A stretch of DNA of 64,000 nt. It comes from Bdellovibrionales bacterium. GTDB lineage: Bacteria > Bdellovibrionota > Bdellovibrionia > Bdellovibrionales > JAUICD01. Shown piece by piece: positions 13,982 to 25,021 of the stretch. A model generated the notes under the pieces. That model worked only from the letters and a program-made list of their open reading frames with translations, did no database searches and had not been told where the DNA came from. The DNA lies in the NCBI GenBank assembly GCA_965262715.1, contig OZ253553.1:2272001-2336000 (forward strand), given 5' to 3'. The stretch's first letter is position 1, and every line of letters begins with the position of its first letter. Position numbers and translations under genes: made by a program.

Positions 13982-14707
13982 ATGTCTGAAAAAAAGTATG
14001 CCAATCCTCCAATTCAAGAAGCTGTGTTTAACTTACAAGTAAGAAGTGGAAGACCTTTTGATGAAAATATGTTTGATGAGTTTGTAAAAAAAAATCATTA
14101 TACTTCTATTGGTCCTACAAGGAACATAGATATTGATGTAGATACACATACTATTTCAAAACCAGAAATAACTGGTTATAAATGTATATCACAACAAGAC
14201 AATAAACAAGTTGTACAATTTAATAAACATGGATTTAGTTTTAGCCGACTAAGGGAATATAATGGGTGGAATAAAAATTATAAAGAAGCATTAAATTTAT
14301 GGCGAGAATATTGTAAAATTAGAGATGTGGAGGCCATCACTAAAGTAGCCACCCGGTTTGTCAATCAATTTCATACTCCTATATTCACAAAACCAGAGGA
14401 ATACTTTAATTCATACATTAAATATAATGATCAAATTTCACCTGCTTGGAATCAAGTTTTTTATAAGTTATTGGTATCTCATAGTTATGGTATTAAGTCG
14501 CAGATAATGTTTGATGGCAGAGTAAATCAAAGTAGTCAGAGAGTGGATATTATATTTGATATAGATGTTTTTGCTGATAACTTAGGCCTTTCATTGAAAG
14601 ATGAAGATACTGACAGTTTAGAAAATCTTTTTTGTAAGATGCGAGATATAAAAAATGATATATTTGAAAAAAGTATTACAGATCAAACAAGGAGATTGTT
14701 TCAATGA
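13982..14707 (+). CDS. TIGR04255-family protein
   Basis: N-terminal YANPPIQEAVFNLQ, Y.GW..Y, KVATRFVN, FDIDVF, KNDIFEKSIT pattern recalled for this family. Confidence 0.8.
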   Translation: MSEKKYANPPIQEAVFNLQVRSGRPFDENMFDEFVKKNHYTSIGPTRNIDIDVDTHTISKPEITGYKCISQQDNKQVVQFNKHGFSFSRLREYNGWNKNYKEALNLWREYCKIRDVEAITKVATRFVNQFHTPIFTKPEEYFNSYIKYNDQISPAWNQVFYKLLVSHSYGIKSQIMFDGRVNQSSQRVDIIFDIDVFADNLGLSLKDEDTDSLENLFCKMRDIKNDIFEKSITDQTRRLFQ

Positions 14708-15270
14708 ATTCTCCTAACCAATCTATTTTAAATGAGCTGCTGCTAATAAATCATTGTCCTATACATGATTATGAAAGATTAAGAGGGCCTAATTATTTTG
14801 ATTCCAAAAATTTATTTTGTTCTTCAGTTAATTTGGGATCTTCTACATTAAGCATACCCATTTCTCCTGACTGTTACAATCAAATAAATGATTTGCTAAC
14901 TGAAAGAAATTTTTTAGACTATAAAGAATCAAAACAAGATTTAAAACAGAAAGTTATGAATGTTTATTATGGTCATCAAAAGAGAAATTGGGATGGTTAT
15001 GAATCTGAACCTGTGAAACATCTCATTTCATCCTTAAAATTTGCTGAAACTGTGTCTTCAGAGGCACTCACTGAGTTAATAGATATTGTTCCTGAAAATG
15101 ACGGATGCCTTTGTTTCGAGTGGTTTAAATCAAACAACAGGTTTATTAGTGTTTCTGTTAAGGATGACAAGCTTATTTATAATTATAAAATTGGGGATGA
15201 AGAAGGTTGTGGAGAAACAACTTTTGCAGGGAAACAAATGCTTGTTGAACAGATAAAGAAAGTCATCTAG
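14704..15270 (+). CDS. Hypothetical protein, middle gene of TIGR04255 cassette
   Basis: ATGA overlap with upstream gene; NWDGYESEP and PENDGCLCFEW motifs. Confidence 0.7.
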   Translation: MNSPNQSILNELLLINHCPIHDYERLRGPNYFDSKNLFCSSVNLGSSTLSIPISPDCYNQINDLLTERNFLDYKESKQDLKQKVMNVYYGHQKRNWDGYESEPVKHLISSLKFAETVSSEALTELIDIVPENDGCLCFEWFKSNNRFISVSVKDDKLIYNYKIGDEEGCGETTFAGKQMLVEQIKKVI

Positions 15271-15278
15271 TTCATATT

Positions 15279-15695
15279 ATGGATAAAGAGCTTAGCCCAT
15301 TTGTAGAAAATCACGAGCCTTTAGCAAGGTATATTTTTTCTAACAGTCATTTTAATTTTACTAAGCAAAGAGTCAAACGTCATGCTTTTATGCCGCCTCC
15401 TGAAGGCAGAGTGTCTGTGATTAGACATGAAGAATGTTTGATAGATTACATTTTAGAAATAGGCAAACAAATGGAAAAAGATAGAAGGGAAAGTTTAAAA
15501 GCAGTTGCTTCTATATTGACTCAAGATGTGCGGTCAATAAATGGTCTAGATGTTGAATCTGATACAAGTAATGAGCAACATAAAAGGCATGCCAATATAA
15601 AAAACTTTCATGGATACAGTGATGCAAAGATCAGACAGCTTGCCCAAAGCTTAGCAAATAAAGCCGAGTTGCTGCACTGCATGTCTGATAATTAA
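15279..15695 (+). CDS. Hypothetical protein, possible ADP-ribosyltransferase-like fold
   Basis: LAR...AF...VSV...HANI spacing; starts 8 nt after previous gene. Confidence 0.6.
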   Translation: MDKELSPFVENHEPLARYIFSNSHFNFTKQRVKRHAFMPPPEGRVSVIRHEECLIDYILEIGKQMEKDRRESLKAVASILTQDVRSINGLDVESDTSNEQHKRHANIKNFHGYSDAKIRQLAQSLANKAELLHCMSDN

Positions 15696-15821
15696 TACTG
15701 GTTAGCTTTATTAAAAGAATGCAAAATTTGCTTTTAAGACTATTTCTAGTACCACATTTTGAAGGATTTTTACAAATAGTTTAATTTTCGCTAGGAAGAC
15801 ATTAAGAAGATATTTTTATGG

Positions 15822-16170
15822 TTGAAATGGTTATTTTTGTATAGGAGAAGGAATATAATTAAAATAATTAAGTGGAAATCCAAGCGTACAAATAAAATAT
15901 ATGCTATTAATATGGATTTAATAAAGAATTTTACTATTTATTACCAAAATAAAGAATCAAAAGAAGGTCTGGCTCTTTTTCTTCATTTTATGGATATCAA
16001 TCATACTCCAAAAGAGGTTTCATATAAGTTGAATGAAGGCACAATCATAGAATCTATTTATGAGTTTCTTAATAACTTAATTTTTGATTTTTTAAATAGT
16101 TCCAAAGGATATGTTTAGATTTAACTATTGAGTTAAAGAAATGGGAAACTCGCAGTAAGACAGACAAATA
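15822..16170 (+). pseudogene. Degraded hypothetical gene, copy 1 of duplicated pre-gyrA region
   Basis: Homologous to 17572-17842; stop at 16118 arises from a 1-nt indel relative to copy 2 (GTTTAGAT vs GTTTTAGAC). Confidence 0.5.
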
Positions 16171-16392
16171 ACTTTGAAGGCATTTCAAATAAGACCAGAG
16201 GTACTATCTATCTACTAGGTTCCAGGGAATAAAGTCTCAATTATTTCTAAATACTCTATATCTCCACTTTACCCTATCCTTTGTTTGATATAAAGTAAGT
16301 TGTTTGGTAGACTGCGGTATATTTATAACATTCTACTAAATTCAAACAAAAAGGGTTAAATCTAGAGTATAAATGAATATGAGGTTGGTGGT

Positions 16393-16530
16393 ATGAAGCC
16401 GAAGCAGGTGGATATTTGGGATGCTATAGAGGTAGATGAAACATTTAGTGTGCTGATGGGCGAGAGCGTAGAACCCAGAAGAAACTTCATAGAGGAAAAT
16501 GCAAAATATGTATTAGGATTAGATGTATAA
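16393..16530 (+). CDS. 45-aa chimeric mini-ORF: GyrA residues 1-8 fused in frame to last 36 residues of GyrB
   Basis: [49 protein letters not shown] upstream; expression unknown. Confidence 0.55.
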   Translation: MKPKQVDIWDAIEVDETFSVLMGESVEPRRNFIEENAKYVLGLDV

Positions 16531-16898
16531 AGTTAAATCCTATATTTTACTAAAGAAGTTAAGAATTTGGTGAGGCTGTTTCCTTAACATTTTGTAAGAA
16601 GCAATGAGTATCTCTTTACTCAAAACTGCCAGATTATACTGAAAAAAATAAGTATAGATTTTGTATTTTTTACAAGATAATGTCATTTTTACCTAGTTGT
16701 GAATAATTTAGTGTTTATAAAAGTGATCAAGCACTATAAAAATATATAAGTAAGTTCAACAAGTTGTCAGCACCATCTCCTCTTTTCTTTTTTACTTTAA
16801 TTCTGGTTAATATTTTGCTTATGAGTAGGATAGTTTTGAATGAATTTTAATTATGCCCCAATCGAGGGTTAAAGATACTTTAGAAAAAGGAGTTTATT

Positions 16899-17474
16899 AT
16901 GAAATTTTTGAATTTATTGTTGAGTTTGATGTTACTCTTATCTTTGAAAGTTTCTTCAGTTAAAGCTGAAGTCATTCAAGAGCCATTTTCAAATTCTGAT
17001 AGAAAGTTACTTTGTGTAAGTGATGGAACGGTTCCTCTATTTTATATAGGTGATCCCAGCATCCCTCTTCTGCAACAGATAGTGTTTTTATTACAATATA
17101 ACTGTGAGAGGGCTGATATTTTAGCGGACTTGTTGAAACAAATAATAGAACAAGGAATAGATATAAATGATTCAATAGAACCAGATTTTCCACCCTTGTA
17201 TTATGCTACACTCAATAATGACTTAACATCAATTAGACTTTTATTAAATACAGGAGCAGATACAAATACAAGCACTGAAGGTGGTCCAGTATGGTTGCAA
17301 AATGTAGATCATCGTTCCATAGAACGCATTCATTTATTCTTAAATACAGGGCGTGTAAATGTTAACGATACGTTTCGAGATAGGCCAGCCATTTGCATAA
17401 TTAAAGCAACAAATAATAATAGGTTATTACAGAGAATGATTGATATGGGCGCAGACCCTAACGAGGAATGTTAG
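16899..17474 (+). CDS. Secreted ankyrin-repeat protein
   Basis: Signal peptide; PPLYYAT.NND...IRLLLNTGADTN repeat; AAGGAG ribosome binding site. Confidence 0.8.
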   Translation: MKFLNLLLSLMLLLSLKVSSVKAEVIQEPFSNSDRKLLCVSDGTVPLFYIGDPSIPLLQQIVFLLQYNCERADILADLLKQIIEQGIDINDSIEPDFPPLYYATLNNDLTSIRLLLNTGADTNTSTEGGPVWLQNVDHRSIERIHLFLNTGRVNVNDTFRDRPAICIIKATNNNRLLQRMIDMGADPNEEC

Positions 17475-17571
17475 TGTTTCATTGCTAATAAAAGAGCAAT
17501 TGACTTCAAATAGTTTGTATTTGATAAACCAGTCTATTTGTTATTACTTAAATCTATTACACCTGATTTGC

Positions 17572-17842
17572 TGAAGTGGTTATTTTTGTATAGGAGAAGG
17601 GATTTGATTAAAATAATCAAGTGGAAATCCAAGCATACAAATAAAATATATGCTATTAATATGGATTTAATAAAGAATTTTCATATAAGTTGAATGAAAA
17701 CACAATCATGGAATCTATTTATGAGTTTCTTAATAACTTAATTTTTGATTTTTTAAATGATTCTAAACAGTATGTTTTAGACTTAACTGTTACGTTAAAA
17801 AATCGGGAAATAATTAGAAAAATAGAATTCCAAGCAACCTGA
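17572..17842 (+). pseudogene. Degraded hypothetical gene, copy 2 of duplicated pre-gyrA region
   Basis: Matches 15822-16170 with an ~85-bp internal deletion. Confidence 0.5.
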
Positions 17843-18004
17843 TACAACTAACTTCCAATTTGTAGGGTCCCAGAAGATAAAGTCTCAATTATTCCTAAAA
17901 ATCTTATAATCCACTTTACCCTGTTCATCGTTTGATATAAAGTAAATTGTTTGATAAGTTGCATTATATACAAGTGATAAATCATATTATGTGGAGTTGA
18001 TGAT

Positions 18005-20467
18005 ATGAAACCAAAGCGGGTGGATATTGAAGCAGAAATGAAGGATGCTTATCTGCAATACTCGATGAGTGTGATTGTAGGTAGAGCGTTGCCGGACGTG
18101 AGAGATGGGTTGAAGCCGGTTCATAGGCGTGTTCTTTTTGCACAGCATGAGATGAACAATGTGCACAACAAGCCTTATAAAAAGTCAGCGCGTGTTGTGG
18201 GTGATGTGATTGGTAAATATCATCCTCATGGAGATGTTGCTGTCTACGATACCATTGTAAGAATGGCTCAGTCTTTTTCTCTAAGATACCCATTGATAGA
18301 TGGACAAGGTAACTTTGGCTCTATTGATGGAGATAGTCCTGCTGCTATGAGGTACACAGAAGTACGCATGACTCAAATTGCAGAGGAATTATTAGAGGAT
18401 ATTGAGAAAGACACTGTTAGTTTTTATCCTAACTATGATGACTCATTAGAGATACCTTCTGTATTACCTTCAAAAGTCCCTAACTTATTGATTAACGGGT
18501 CTTCTGGTATTGCTGTTGGTATGGCCACCAATATTCCTCCACACAATTTATCTGAGATAATAAAAGGTTGTATTCATGTTATTGATACCCCGGACTGCAC
18601 TATTGATTCTCTAATAAAAATAATCCCTGGGCCAGACTTTCCATCTTTTGGAGAAATTTCAGGTAGAAAAGGAATGATATCTGCTTATAAGACAGGAAGG
18701 GGAGTTATTACGCTGAGGTCTGTTGCAGAGATAGAGGAGAAAAAAGGCAGAGAAGTTATTATTGTTACAGAAATTCCTTATCAAGTGAATAAAGCGCGTC
18801 TTATAGAGTCTATTGCAGAGTTAGTAAAAGATAAAAAAGTTGAAGGGATTTCTGATATTCGAGATGAATCTTCAAAGGCTGGTATGAGGATTGTTTTGGA
18901 TATCAAAAAAGGAGAAAATAGCGGTGTTATTTTAAATCGTTTGTATAAATACACTCAGATGCAGGTTCGATTTTCTATGATTATGTTGGCTTTAGATAAG
19001 GGCAGTCAGCCAAGACTTTTTAATCTTAAAGCTTTCTTAGAAGCCTTTATTGAACATAGAAAAGAGGTGATTACAAAGCGTTGTATTTTTGATCTTAAAA
19101 AAGCAGAAGCTAGAATTCATATTTTACAAGGGTTAAAGAAGGCTTTAGACAACATTGATACTGTTGTGAAAGTTATCAGAGAAAGCAGAGAGCCTGCTGT
19201 TGCTAAGTTAGCACTTATAAAGAAGTTTCAATTTAGTGCAGTACAAACACAAGCTATATTAGATATGAGACTAGCTCGGCTGACGGGGCTTGAAGGGGAG
19301 AAAATATTAAAAGAGATTCAGGAATTGGAAAACAAAATAAAATGGTTAAAGGATATCTTAGGGGATATTAAAAGGGTATATGAAATTATAAAAGAAGAGT
19401 TAATAGCTATTAAGAGTAAATATGGAGATAAGAGAAAGACAGTTATTGTTGCAGAACAAGAAGACCTTGAAGATGAAGACTTAATAGCTAAAGAAGAGGT
19501 GATTGTGACAATCACCTACACAGGTTATATCAAGAGGATTCTAAGCTCAACATATAAAACTCAACATAGAGGTGGTCGAGGTATTAAAGGGGCCATGGCT
19601 CGAGAGGAAGACTTTGTTTACAATATTTTTGCTGTTAATACTTTCACAACTCTTTTAATTTTTACAAATAAAGGAAAAATTTATTGGCTAAAAGTTTATA
19701 AGTTGCCTCAGGGATTAAGAACATCTAAAGGAAAATCTATAGCTAATATGGTAAACTTATCTTCACAAGAAAAAGTCATGGCTATATTACCTGTAGATGA
19801 GTTCAAAGAACATGATAATGTGGTATTGATCACCGAAAAAGGGATTATTAAAAAGACGCCTCTTTCTGCTTTTTCGCACCCAAGACCTTCAGGAATTATT
19901 GCTTTAAAGATTGATTTAAATGATAATCTAGTAGGAGCAAAGCTCAGCTCAGGGGCTGATGACATTTTTATAGCGACATCAAAGGGTCAGTCTATACGCT
20001 TTGATGAGAGTCAAGTCAGGGCTATGGGGCGTACAGCAAGAGGTGTTAAGGGCATGAATCTCTCTAAGAATGATAAAGTTGTAGGAATAGAAATTCTTAA
20101 CAAGTCTCATAAGGTCTCTAAAACAGAGCAGCAAATTATTATTATGGTGACTGAAAAAGGTTATGGAAAGAAAACCCTTGCTAAGGAATATAGGACTCAG
20201 AACAGAGGTGGTGTTGGAATTATCACTCAAAAAACCACAGACAAAGTGGGTCGTGTTGTAGGTACGGCAAGTGTAAAGCTTAAAGATGATGTGATGGTGA
20301 TCACGAATAAAGGTCAATTGATTAGGATGAAAACCAGTAAGATTTCTACTTATGGAAGGAACACTCAAGGAGTTCGGTTGATCAATTTAAAATCAGAGGA
20401 GACCGTTTCTAATTTTACTCTTATTGTTGAGGAAGACGAAGAAGAGGCATTAAATGATCTAGCCTAG
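18005..20467 (+). CDS. gyrA: DNA gyrase subunit A
   Basis: [29 protein letters not shown], GyrA-box-like QHRGGRG. Confidence 0.99.
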   Translation: MKPKRVDIEAEMKDAYLQYSMSVIVGRALPDVRDGLKPVHRRVLFAQHEMNNVHNKPYKKSARVVGDVIGKYHPHGDVAVYDTIVRMAQSFSLRYPLIDGQGNFGSIDGDSPAAMRYTEVRMTQIAEELLEDIEKDTVSFYPNYDDSLEIPSVLPSKVPNLLINGSSGIAVGMATNIPPHNLSEIIKGCIHVIDTPDCTIDSLIKIIPGPDFPSFGEISGRKGMISAYKTGRGVITLRSVAEIEEKKGREVIIVTEIPYQVNKARLIESIAELVKDKKVEGISDIRDESSKAGMRIVLDIKKGENSGVILNRLYKYTQMQVRFSMIMLALDKGSQPRLFNLKAFLEAFIEHRKEVITKRCIFDLKKAEARIHILQGLKKALDNIDTVVKVIRESREPAVAKLALIKKFQFSAVQTQAILDMRLARLTGLEGEKILKEIQELENKIKWLKDILGDIKRVYEIIKEELIAIKSKYGDKRKTVIVAEQEDLEDEDLIAKEEVIVTITYTGYIKRILSSTYKTQHRGGRGIKGAMAREEDFVYNIFAVNTFTTLLIFTNKGKIYWLKVYKLPQGLRTSKGKSIANMVNLSSQEKVMAILPVDEFKEHDNVVLITEKGIIKKTPLSAFSHPRPSGIIALKIDLNDNLVGAKLSSGADDIFIATSKGQSIRFDESQVRAMGRTARGVKGMNLSKNDKVVGIEILNKSHKVSKTEQQIIIMVTEKGYGKKTLAKEYRTQNRGGVGIITQKTTDKVGRVVGTASVKLKDDVMVITNKGQLIRMKTSKISTYGRNTQGVRLINLKSEETVSNFTLIVEEDEEEALNDLA

Positions 20468-20528
20468 AGAGGCTTGCCTTGAAAGTCTTGCTTCTGGCCG
20501 CCAGCCTTAAGAGCTTCACCTTCAGTAA

Positions 20529-20616
20529 TGGCTGCCTCAAAAATCCATTTATTTTGAGCAGGGTAGATATTCTTCGGTTTTTACATCATGTTAAGGAAAA
20601 CTTCTTATTTCTCAAC
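20529..20616 (-). repeat. Dispersed structured repeat, inverted homolog of 41964-42053
   Basis: TGGCTGCCTCAAAAATCCATTTATTTTGAG...CATGTTAAGGAAAA...CTCAAC matches reverse complement of the array unit interior. Confidence 0.7.
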
Positions 20617-20941
20617 AGTTTTAACTGCTTTTTCTGTACTTTTAAAAGAAGAATTTTTCTCTAGTGTGTAAACATTACAAATAAATATGCATGACTACAT
20701 AACAAAAAAATGACTTTACTTAATGACTAAAAAGGGTATACATGGCTACAATTTTACATAAAGACAGTTAGTATATGAGACTTATAAGGAACTGGTCTGA
20801 GATAGCTTGCCACGAGTGGCTTGCCACAACCAGATCAAAAGCCTACTACAATGCTTATATATTGAATGTTCTAAAAAATATTTACACAGCAAGGTATATA
20901 CATAACTTAATCTTTCGAAACTTTAATAAAGGAGATGTGAA

Positions 20942-21535
20942 ATGAATTTTAAATTGATAGGGGTTAATAATTTTTATTTGAGAAGTAAAGTCTTTCTTTT
21001 AACTGTGCTTATAGGGTTTTTAAGTCAAGTTTCTGTTGCTCAAAATAATGTACAAGACACCATTGTTATAAATGGAAGAGAATTTCCATCAGTAAGAGCA
21101 TTTAATTATCATTTTTCTTTATTATCAGTCCGACTGTATGGGGGCTCGGATGGTTCTGTTACGGTTGAGGAACTATTTGGTGAAAGTTTTAAGGATAGAG
21201 CTATGGATGCTTATCAGCCTTTTATAGATGCTGAGGTAGGATTGGAGTTTCTTCATAGATATTCTTTAACACCACTGATATACGCAGTTGTGGATAGAGA
21301 TGCAGATGCTGTTAATTTTATCTTAGCTCAAGAGGGGGCTGATTCTAACTTGCCGGACAGTAATGGTTTTACACCACTGATATGGGCAGCTATAACAGGT
21401 GATGAAGGTATTGCTAGAGCTCTTGTGGATGCTGGAGCTGATGTTGAATCACAAGGATCTACAGCAATTTGGTATGCAGCTAGAAAAGGGAATCAAGAGA
21501 TTGTTAATTATTTTATAGAGGTTTTAGAGAATTAA
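20942..21535 (+). CDS. Secreted ankyrin-repeat protein
   Basis: Hydrophobic N-terminus; TPLIYAV, GFTPLIWAA, TAIWYAA repeats. Confidence 0.85.
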   Translation: MNFKLIGVNNFYLRSKVFLLTVLIGFLSQVSVAQNNVQDTIVINGREFPSVRAFNYHFSLLSVRLYGGSDGSVTVEELFGESFKDRAMDAYQPFIDAEVGLEFLHRYSLTPLIYAVVDRDADAVNFILAQEGADSNLPDSNGFTPLIWAAITGDEGIARALVDAGADVESQGSTAIWYAARKGNQEIVNYFIEVLEN

Positions 21536-21566
21536 AGTATAGTCATAAGATATATCTTTGTATAGG

Positions 21567-21594
21567 TTGACATCAAATTACGGCGTGATATGAT
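21567..21594 (+). promoter_or_regulatory. Sigma70-type promoter, probably giving a near-leaderless transcript
   Basis: TTGACA-16 nt-TATGAT ending 8 nt before ATG 21603. Confidence 0.5.
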
Positions 21595-21602
21595 GTTATA
21601 GT

Positions 21603-22760
21603 ATGCAAAAGTCTATCTTGTTTCCTCGTCATTTTATAATGCCCAAATCCAGTTTTTTTTTGCTAGGTCCTAGGGGTGTTGGTAAAACCACTCTTATTCG
21701 CAGTTTGAAATTAGCGTCTCATGAAATTTCTTTGCTAGATGAAACAAGATATCAGCATTATTTAGCTCGCCCAGGATCATTTTATGAGCAACTTTATGTT
21801 TTAAAAAAGGGATCATGGGTTTTTGTAGATGAAATTCAGCGTTTACCTAATTTATTAAATGAAATTCACAGGTTGATAGAGGATAAAAAATTACGTTTTA
21901 TCCTTACTGGTTCAAGCGCAAGAAAGCTGAGGAAGGCAGGGGTGAACTTGTTAGCAGGAAGGGCTGTGTGCCGTTATCTTTATCCTTTAACGTCGATGGA
22001 AATGGGAAAGAGTTTTTCTCTGGATTTGGCATTAGAAACAGGAACAATTCCTCTTATTTGGAATGCTGAAGATAAACGTGACACATTAAAAAGTTATGTT
22101 CAAGTTTATCTTAAAGAAGAGATTCAAGCTGAGGCGATTGTTCGTAATTTACCAGGATTTGCACGATTTCTTCCTGTAGCGGCACTTTTTCACGGGCAAA
22201 CAATTAATTTATCCAATATTGCAAGAGATTGTGAAGTAGCTCGTCCGACTGTTTCAGGATTTTTCCAAATATTGGAAGACACTTTGCTTTTAAAGGTTTT
22301 AAGAGCTTATGAGGGGAAAATTCGCATACGTGAACGTAAAAAATCAAAATGTTATTTTATAGACCCTGGTTTGGTGAGAGCTATCAAAGGTCAATATGGA
22401 CCTGTAACCATAGAGGAAAAAGGCCCTTTATTTGAAGGATTGATTTTTAGTTTGCTTATGTTTCAAAAGGATACTTATGGTGATATTGAGGATATTTTTT
22501 ATTGGTCATCAGCAGAGGCTACTCAAGTTAAGGTTGACTTTCTTTTGCTCAAAGGAAAAGAAAAAATCGCTATTGAAGTTAAAGGGACAGAAAAAATTCG
22601 CTCAGAACATTTTATGGGGTTACAAGCTATTTCTTCATTAAAAGGAATAAAGAGAAGAATATTGGTTTATTGTGGAAAAAATAATCAGATCACCCGTGAT
22701 GGGATTGAAATACACACATTTAATAGTTTTGTTAAGCTACTAAAAGATAGAAAGCTTTAA
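21603..22760 (+). CDS. AAA_14/DUF4143-family ATPase with C-terminal PD-(D/E)xK-like motif
   Basis: GPRGVGKT, VDEIQ, LTGSS, YFIDPG, VDF...AIEVK. Confidence 0.85.
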   Translation: MQKSILFPRHFIMPKSSFFLLGPRGVGKTTLIRSLKLASHEISLLDETRYQHYLARPGSFYEQLYVLKKGSWVFVDEIQRLPNLLNEIHRLIEDKKLRFILTGSSARKLRKAGVNLLAGRAVCRYLYPLTSMEMGKSFSLDLALETGTIPLIWNAEDKRDTLKSYVQVYLKEEIQAEAIVRNLPGFARFLPVAALFHGQTINLSNIARDCEVARPTVSGFFQILEDTLLLKVLRAYEGKIRIRERKKSKCYFIDPGLVRAIKGQYGPVTIEEKGPLFEGLIFSLLMFQKDTYGDIEDIFYWSSAEATQVKVDFLLLKGKEKIAIEVKGTEKIRSEHFMGLQAISSLKGIKRRILVYCGKNNQITRDGIEIHTFNSFVKLLKDRKL

Positions 22761-22919
22761 ACATGGGCTTTTCTCTCTAAGAAGAGGTGATTGTGACAAC
22801 ATCTTTACAGTGAACACTTTAAGTGGGGTGGTTTATTTTGAGTGAAACAGGTACAAGCCTCATAAAAGAAATTGATAAGCTTGGTGCTTATCTTTATAAA
22901 TTATATCAGAATACTTGAG

Positions 22920-23033
22920 CTTTATAATTTCTTTAAGTTTTATCTCTGACATTTGAGAACGGAGAAAATCTGTTTTCTCTAGTTATAACAATAGGTTAAG
23001 CCTCTTAAGAGTTGCCTTAACTAGTTATGAACT
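22920..23033 (-). mobile_element. Degenerate IS1595-family left end and 5' transposase remnant
   Basis: Reverse complement AGTTCATAACTAGTTAAGG...TTAACCTATTGTTA aligns with 47143 onward and continues into the transposase start. Confidence 0.65.
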
Positions 23034-23214
23034 ATTATTATAAGGGTTGGTTATTGCATAACTATTAAAGTAAGGCATATTTCTAATTTTTAACACTATA
23101 CTTATCTTAAGATTATCTCAATGTGAAACTTTTATTGTTCACTGGCTATTGAATTTAAGTATTATATATAATCTGTCGATAGAGAGAAAGATTAATTATA
23201 ATAGGAGGCTTGTA

Positions 23215-23541
23215 ATGCGGGTTAATTTTTTATATTCCCATCTTAGGCTATTTATACTGATGGCTTGTTTTTTACTTTTGTTTGTCTCACAGCAAAGTTT
23301 TACTAGCGTGGTTGTTCCTATTGATGGAAAGGTAGAATCCTTTAAGAAAGGTGTTTATACTATTCGGACAAGTACAGGTTTAATACATATTAAAAAATCT
23401 AAAATAGGATATAACCTTGATCAAAAACTAAACAAAAGTATCGGAAACAAAGTTCAAGTGGATGTTCCGCCGGAGGTTATAGCTTCTTTTCAACAATTTA
23501 GAACAAGTAGACGCCCTAGTTCAGATGAGGATAATAAATAG
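23215..23541 (+). CDS. Hypothetical exported protein
   Basis: AGGAGG precedes ATG 23215; hydrophobic N-terminus. Confidence 0.6.
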   Translation: MRVNFLYSHLRLFILMACFLLLFVSQQSFTSVVVPIDGKVESFKKGVYTIRTSTGLIHIKKSKIGYNLDQKLNKSIGNKVQVDVPPEVIASFQQFRTSRRPSSDEDNK

Positions 23542-23573
23542 AATTTTATAAAAAATAAGAACAAGGAGTTTAA

Positions 23574-24032
23574 ATGAATTATTTTAAAGTGGCTTCAATG
23601 ATTTTGACTATTATTTTTTCTGTTCAAAATGGTTTTGCTCACGAGGGTCATCAAGATGTTTATACAGATTGTGAGCTTACAGGAAAAGTAATATTTGTAA
23701 ATGGTATTTGTACTATGCCAGCTAAAGGTTGTAGACGAAATGGTGGTAAAGTTATAGCTCCAGGGAAGGATGTAATGCTAGTGTGTGATGCAATGCCCCA
23801 GCTCTCAAGAGGACTTCCATTACGCGCAGGGTGTCCTGATATTGATGAATGTTCTAATGATATACCGCGTGATGATAAGGTAGATTATAGTGGTAGTGTA
23901 ACTTGGATAGTTACTGATAAATATAGAGAATGGAGAATTGGTAGTGTATATGAAGTGCAAGAAAACTATCAGAGACCACCGTTCAATACTAGAATTACCA
24001 CAGATGAGACAGGGGAAGGGTGGATCGATTGA
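23574..24032 (+). CDS. Hypothetical secreted Cys-containing protein
   Basis: AAGGAG ribosome binding site, signal peptide ending GFA, six Cys. Confidence 0.7.
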   Translation: MNYFKVASMILTIIFSVQNGFAHEGHQDVYTDCELTGKVIFVNGICTMPAKGCRRNGGKVIAPGKDVMLVCDAMPQLSRGLPLRAGCPDIDECSNDIPRDDKVDYSGSVTWIVTDKYREWRIGSVYEVQENYQRPPFNTRITTDETGEGWID

Positions 24033-24073
24033 AGAAAAATAAAAATGAAGCAGTTTGTCTTTTATAGCGGCAA

Positions 24074-25021
24074 GTGATAGGTTTGGAGGGATATAGGACA
24101 CATCATTTTATATGCCAAGAGAGCTGGTCATTAAGCTACATGAAAAAATACAAGATAGAACTTTACAACATAGTTATTCTTTTTTTTGCAACTCAGGTTC
24201 TTTTAGGATGTGATTTTGCGCCAAAGGATGTTTCTTATTTAAAAAAAGCGATAAGAAGTGAAGAACAACAAAATTACACTCAAGCTATTTTATTTTTAAA
24301 TCAAGCCATAGATTTTAGTAAAGATACTCAATTATTACTAAGGGCAGCTAATAGAGGCCTTGATATTCTCAAGCATTTTACAACAGATAAGTTAGAGAAT
24401 CAGCTTGCAGATCAGTCTAAAAGCACACTTCAAATTAAGTATTTGCATTTGATTTTGCTTTATTCTCAAGATAGAAAGCAAAGAATATCAAGTCAGAAAG
24501 CTATTGCTGATATCTATTTCAATAACATAAAGGATTATCATAAGGCTATTGAGGAGTTGAGTCGTCTTCTTACTCTTGATTTATCAGAAAAAGATATAGC
24601 AAACATTAAATTGAAGATTGCAAAATCTTATTATCATATAGGCAATTTTCAGCAAAGTAAACTAGAGCTTCAAAAACTAGAACAAAATAGCCAACCCTCT
24701 TTTGAGATATTATTGCTAAAAGGGCATATTTTAATTGGAGAGAGGAGTTATGATGAGTCTGTATTAATTTTTGAAAGTCTTATTAAAAGTTTCCCTAAAA
24801 AAGCTGTTACAGATAAGGTCTTTTTAACACTCTCTCTATGTTATGAAGAACAAAAAGAGTTTCAGAAAGCTATAAGTCTTTTATCTAATTTTTTAGAGAA
24901 TAATAAGTTATCTCTAGATATTTCTCAAAGGCAATTTATTGCAATGAAAATTCAGAGATTGAAAGAAACATATAAAATGCAACCGGGTGTTTTTCAAGTT
25001 GGTCAAACATATAGAAGATAA
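24074..25021 (+). CDS. Tetratricopeptide-repeat lipoprotein; likely start ATG 24140
   Basis: LLGC lipobox; TPR-like helical repeats (IAKSYYHIGNFQQS, LSLCYEEQKEFQKA). Confidence 0.8.
   Translation: MIGLEGYRTHHFICQESWSLSYMKKYKIELYNIVILFFATQVLLGCDFAPKDVSYLKKAIRSEEQQNYTQAILFLNQAIDFSKDTQLLLRAANRGLDILKHFTTDKLENQLADQSKSTLQIKYLHLILLYSQDRKQRISSQKAIADIYFNNIKDYHKAIEELSRLLTLDLSEKDIANIKLKIAKSYYHIGNFQQSKLELQKLEQNSQPSFEILLLKGHILIGERSYDESVLIFESLIKSFPKKAVTDKVFLTLSLCYEEQKEFQKAISLLSNFLENNKLSLDISQRQFIAMKIQRLKETYKMQPGVFQVGQTYRR

Noticed and set aside
20479..20664. 61-aa ORF after gyrA
   Set aside because: Overlaps a dispersed non-coding repeat; no recognisable protein features
20793..20837. Short GCTTGCCAC direct repeat with small hairpin
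   Set aside because: Single occurrence, too short to assign
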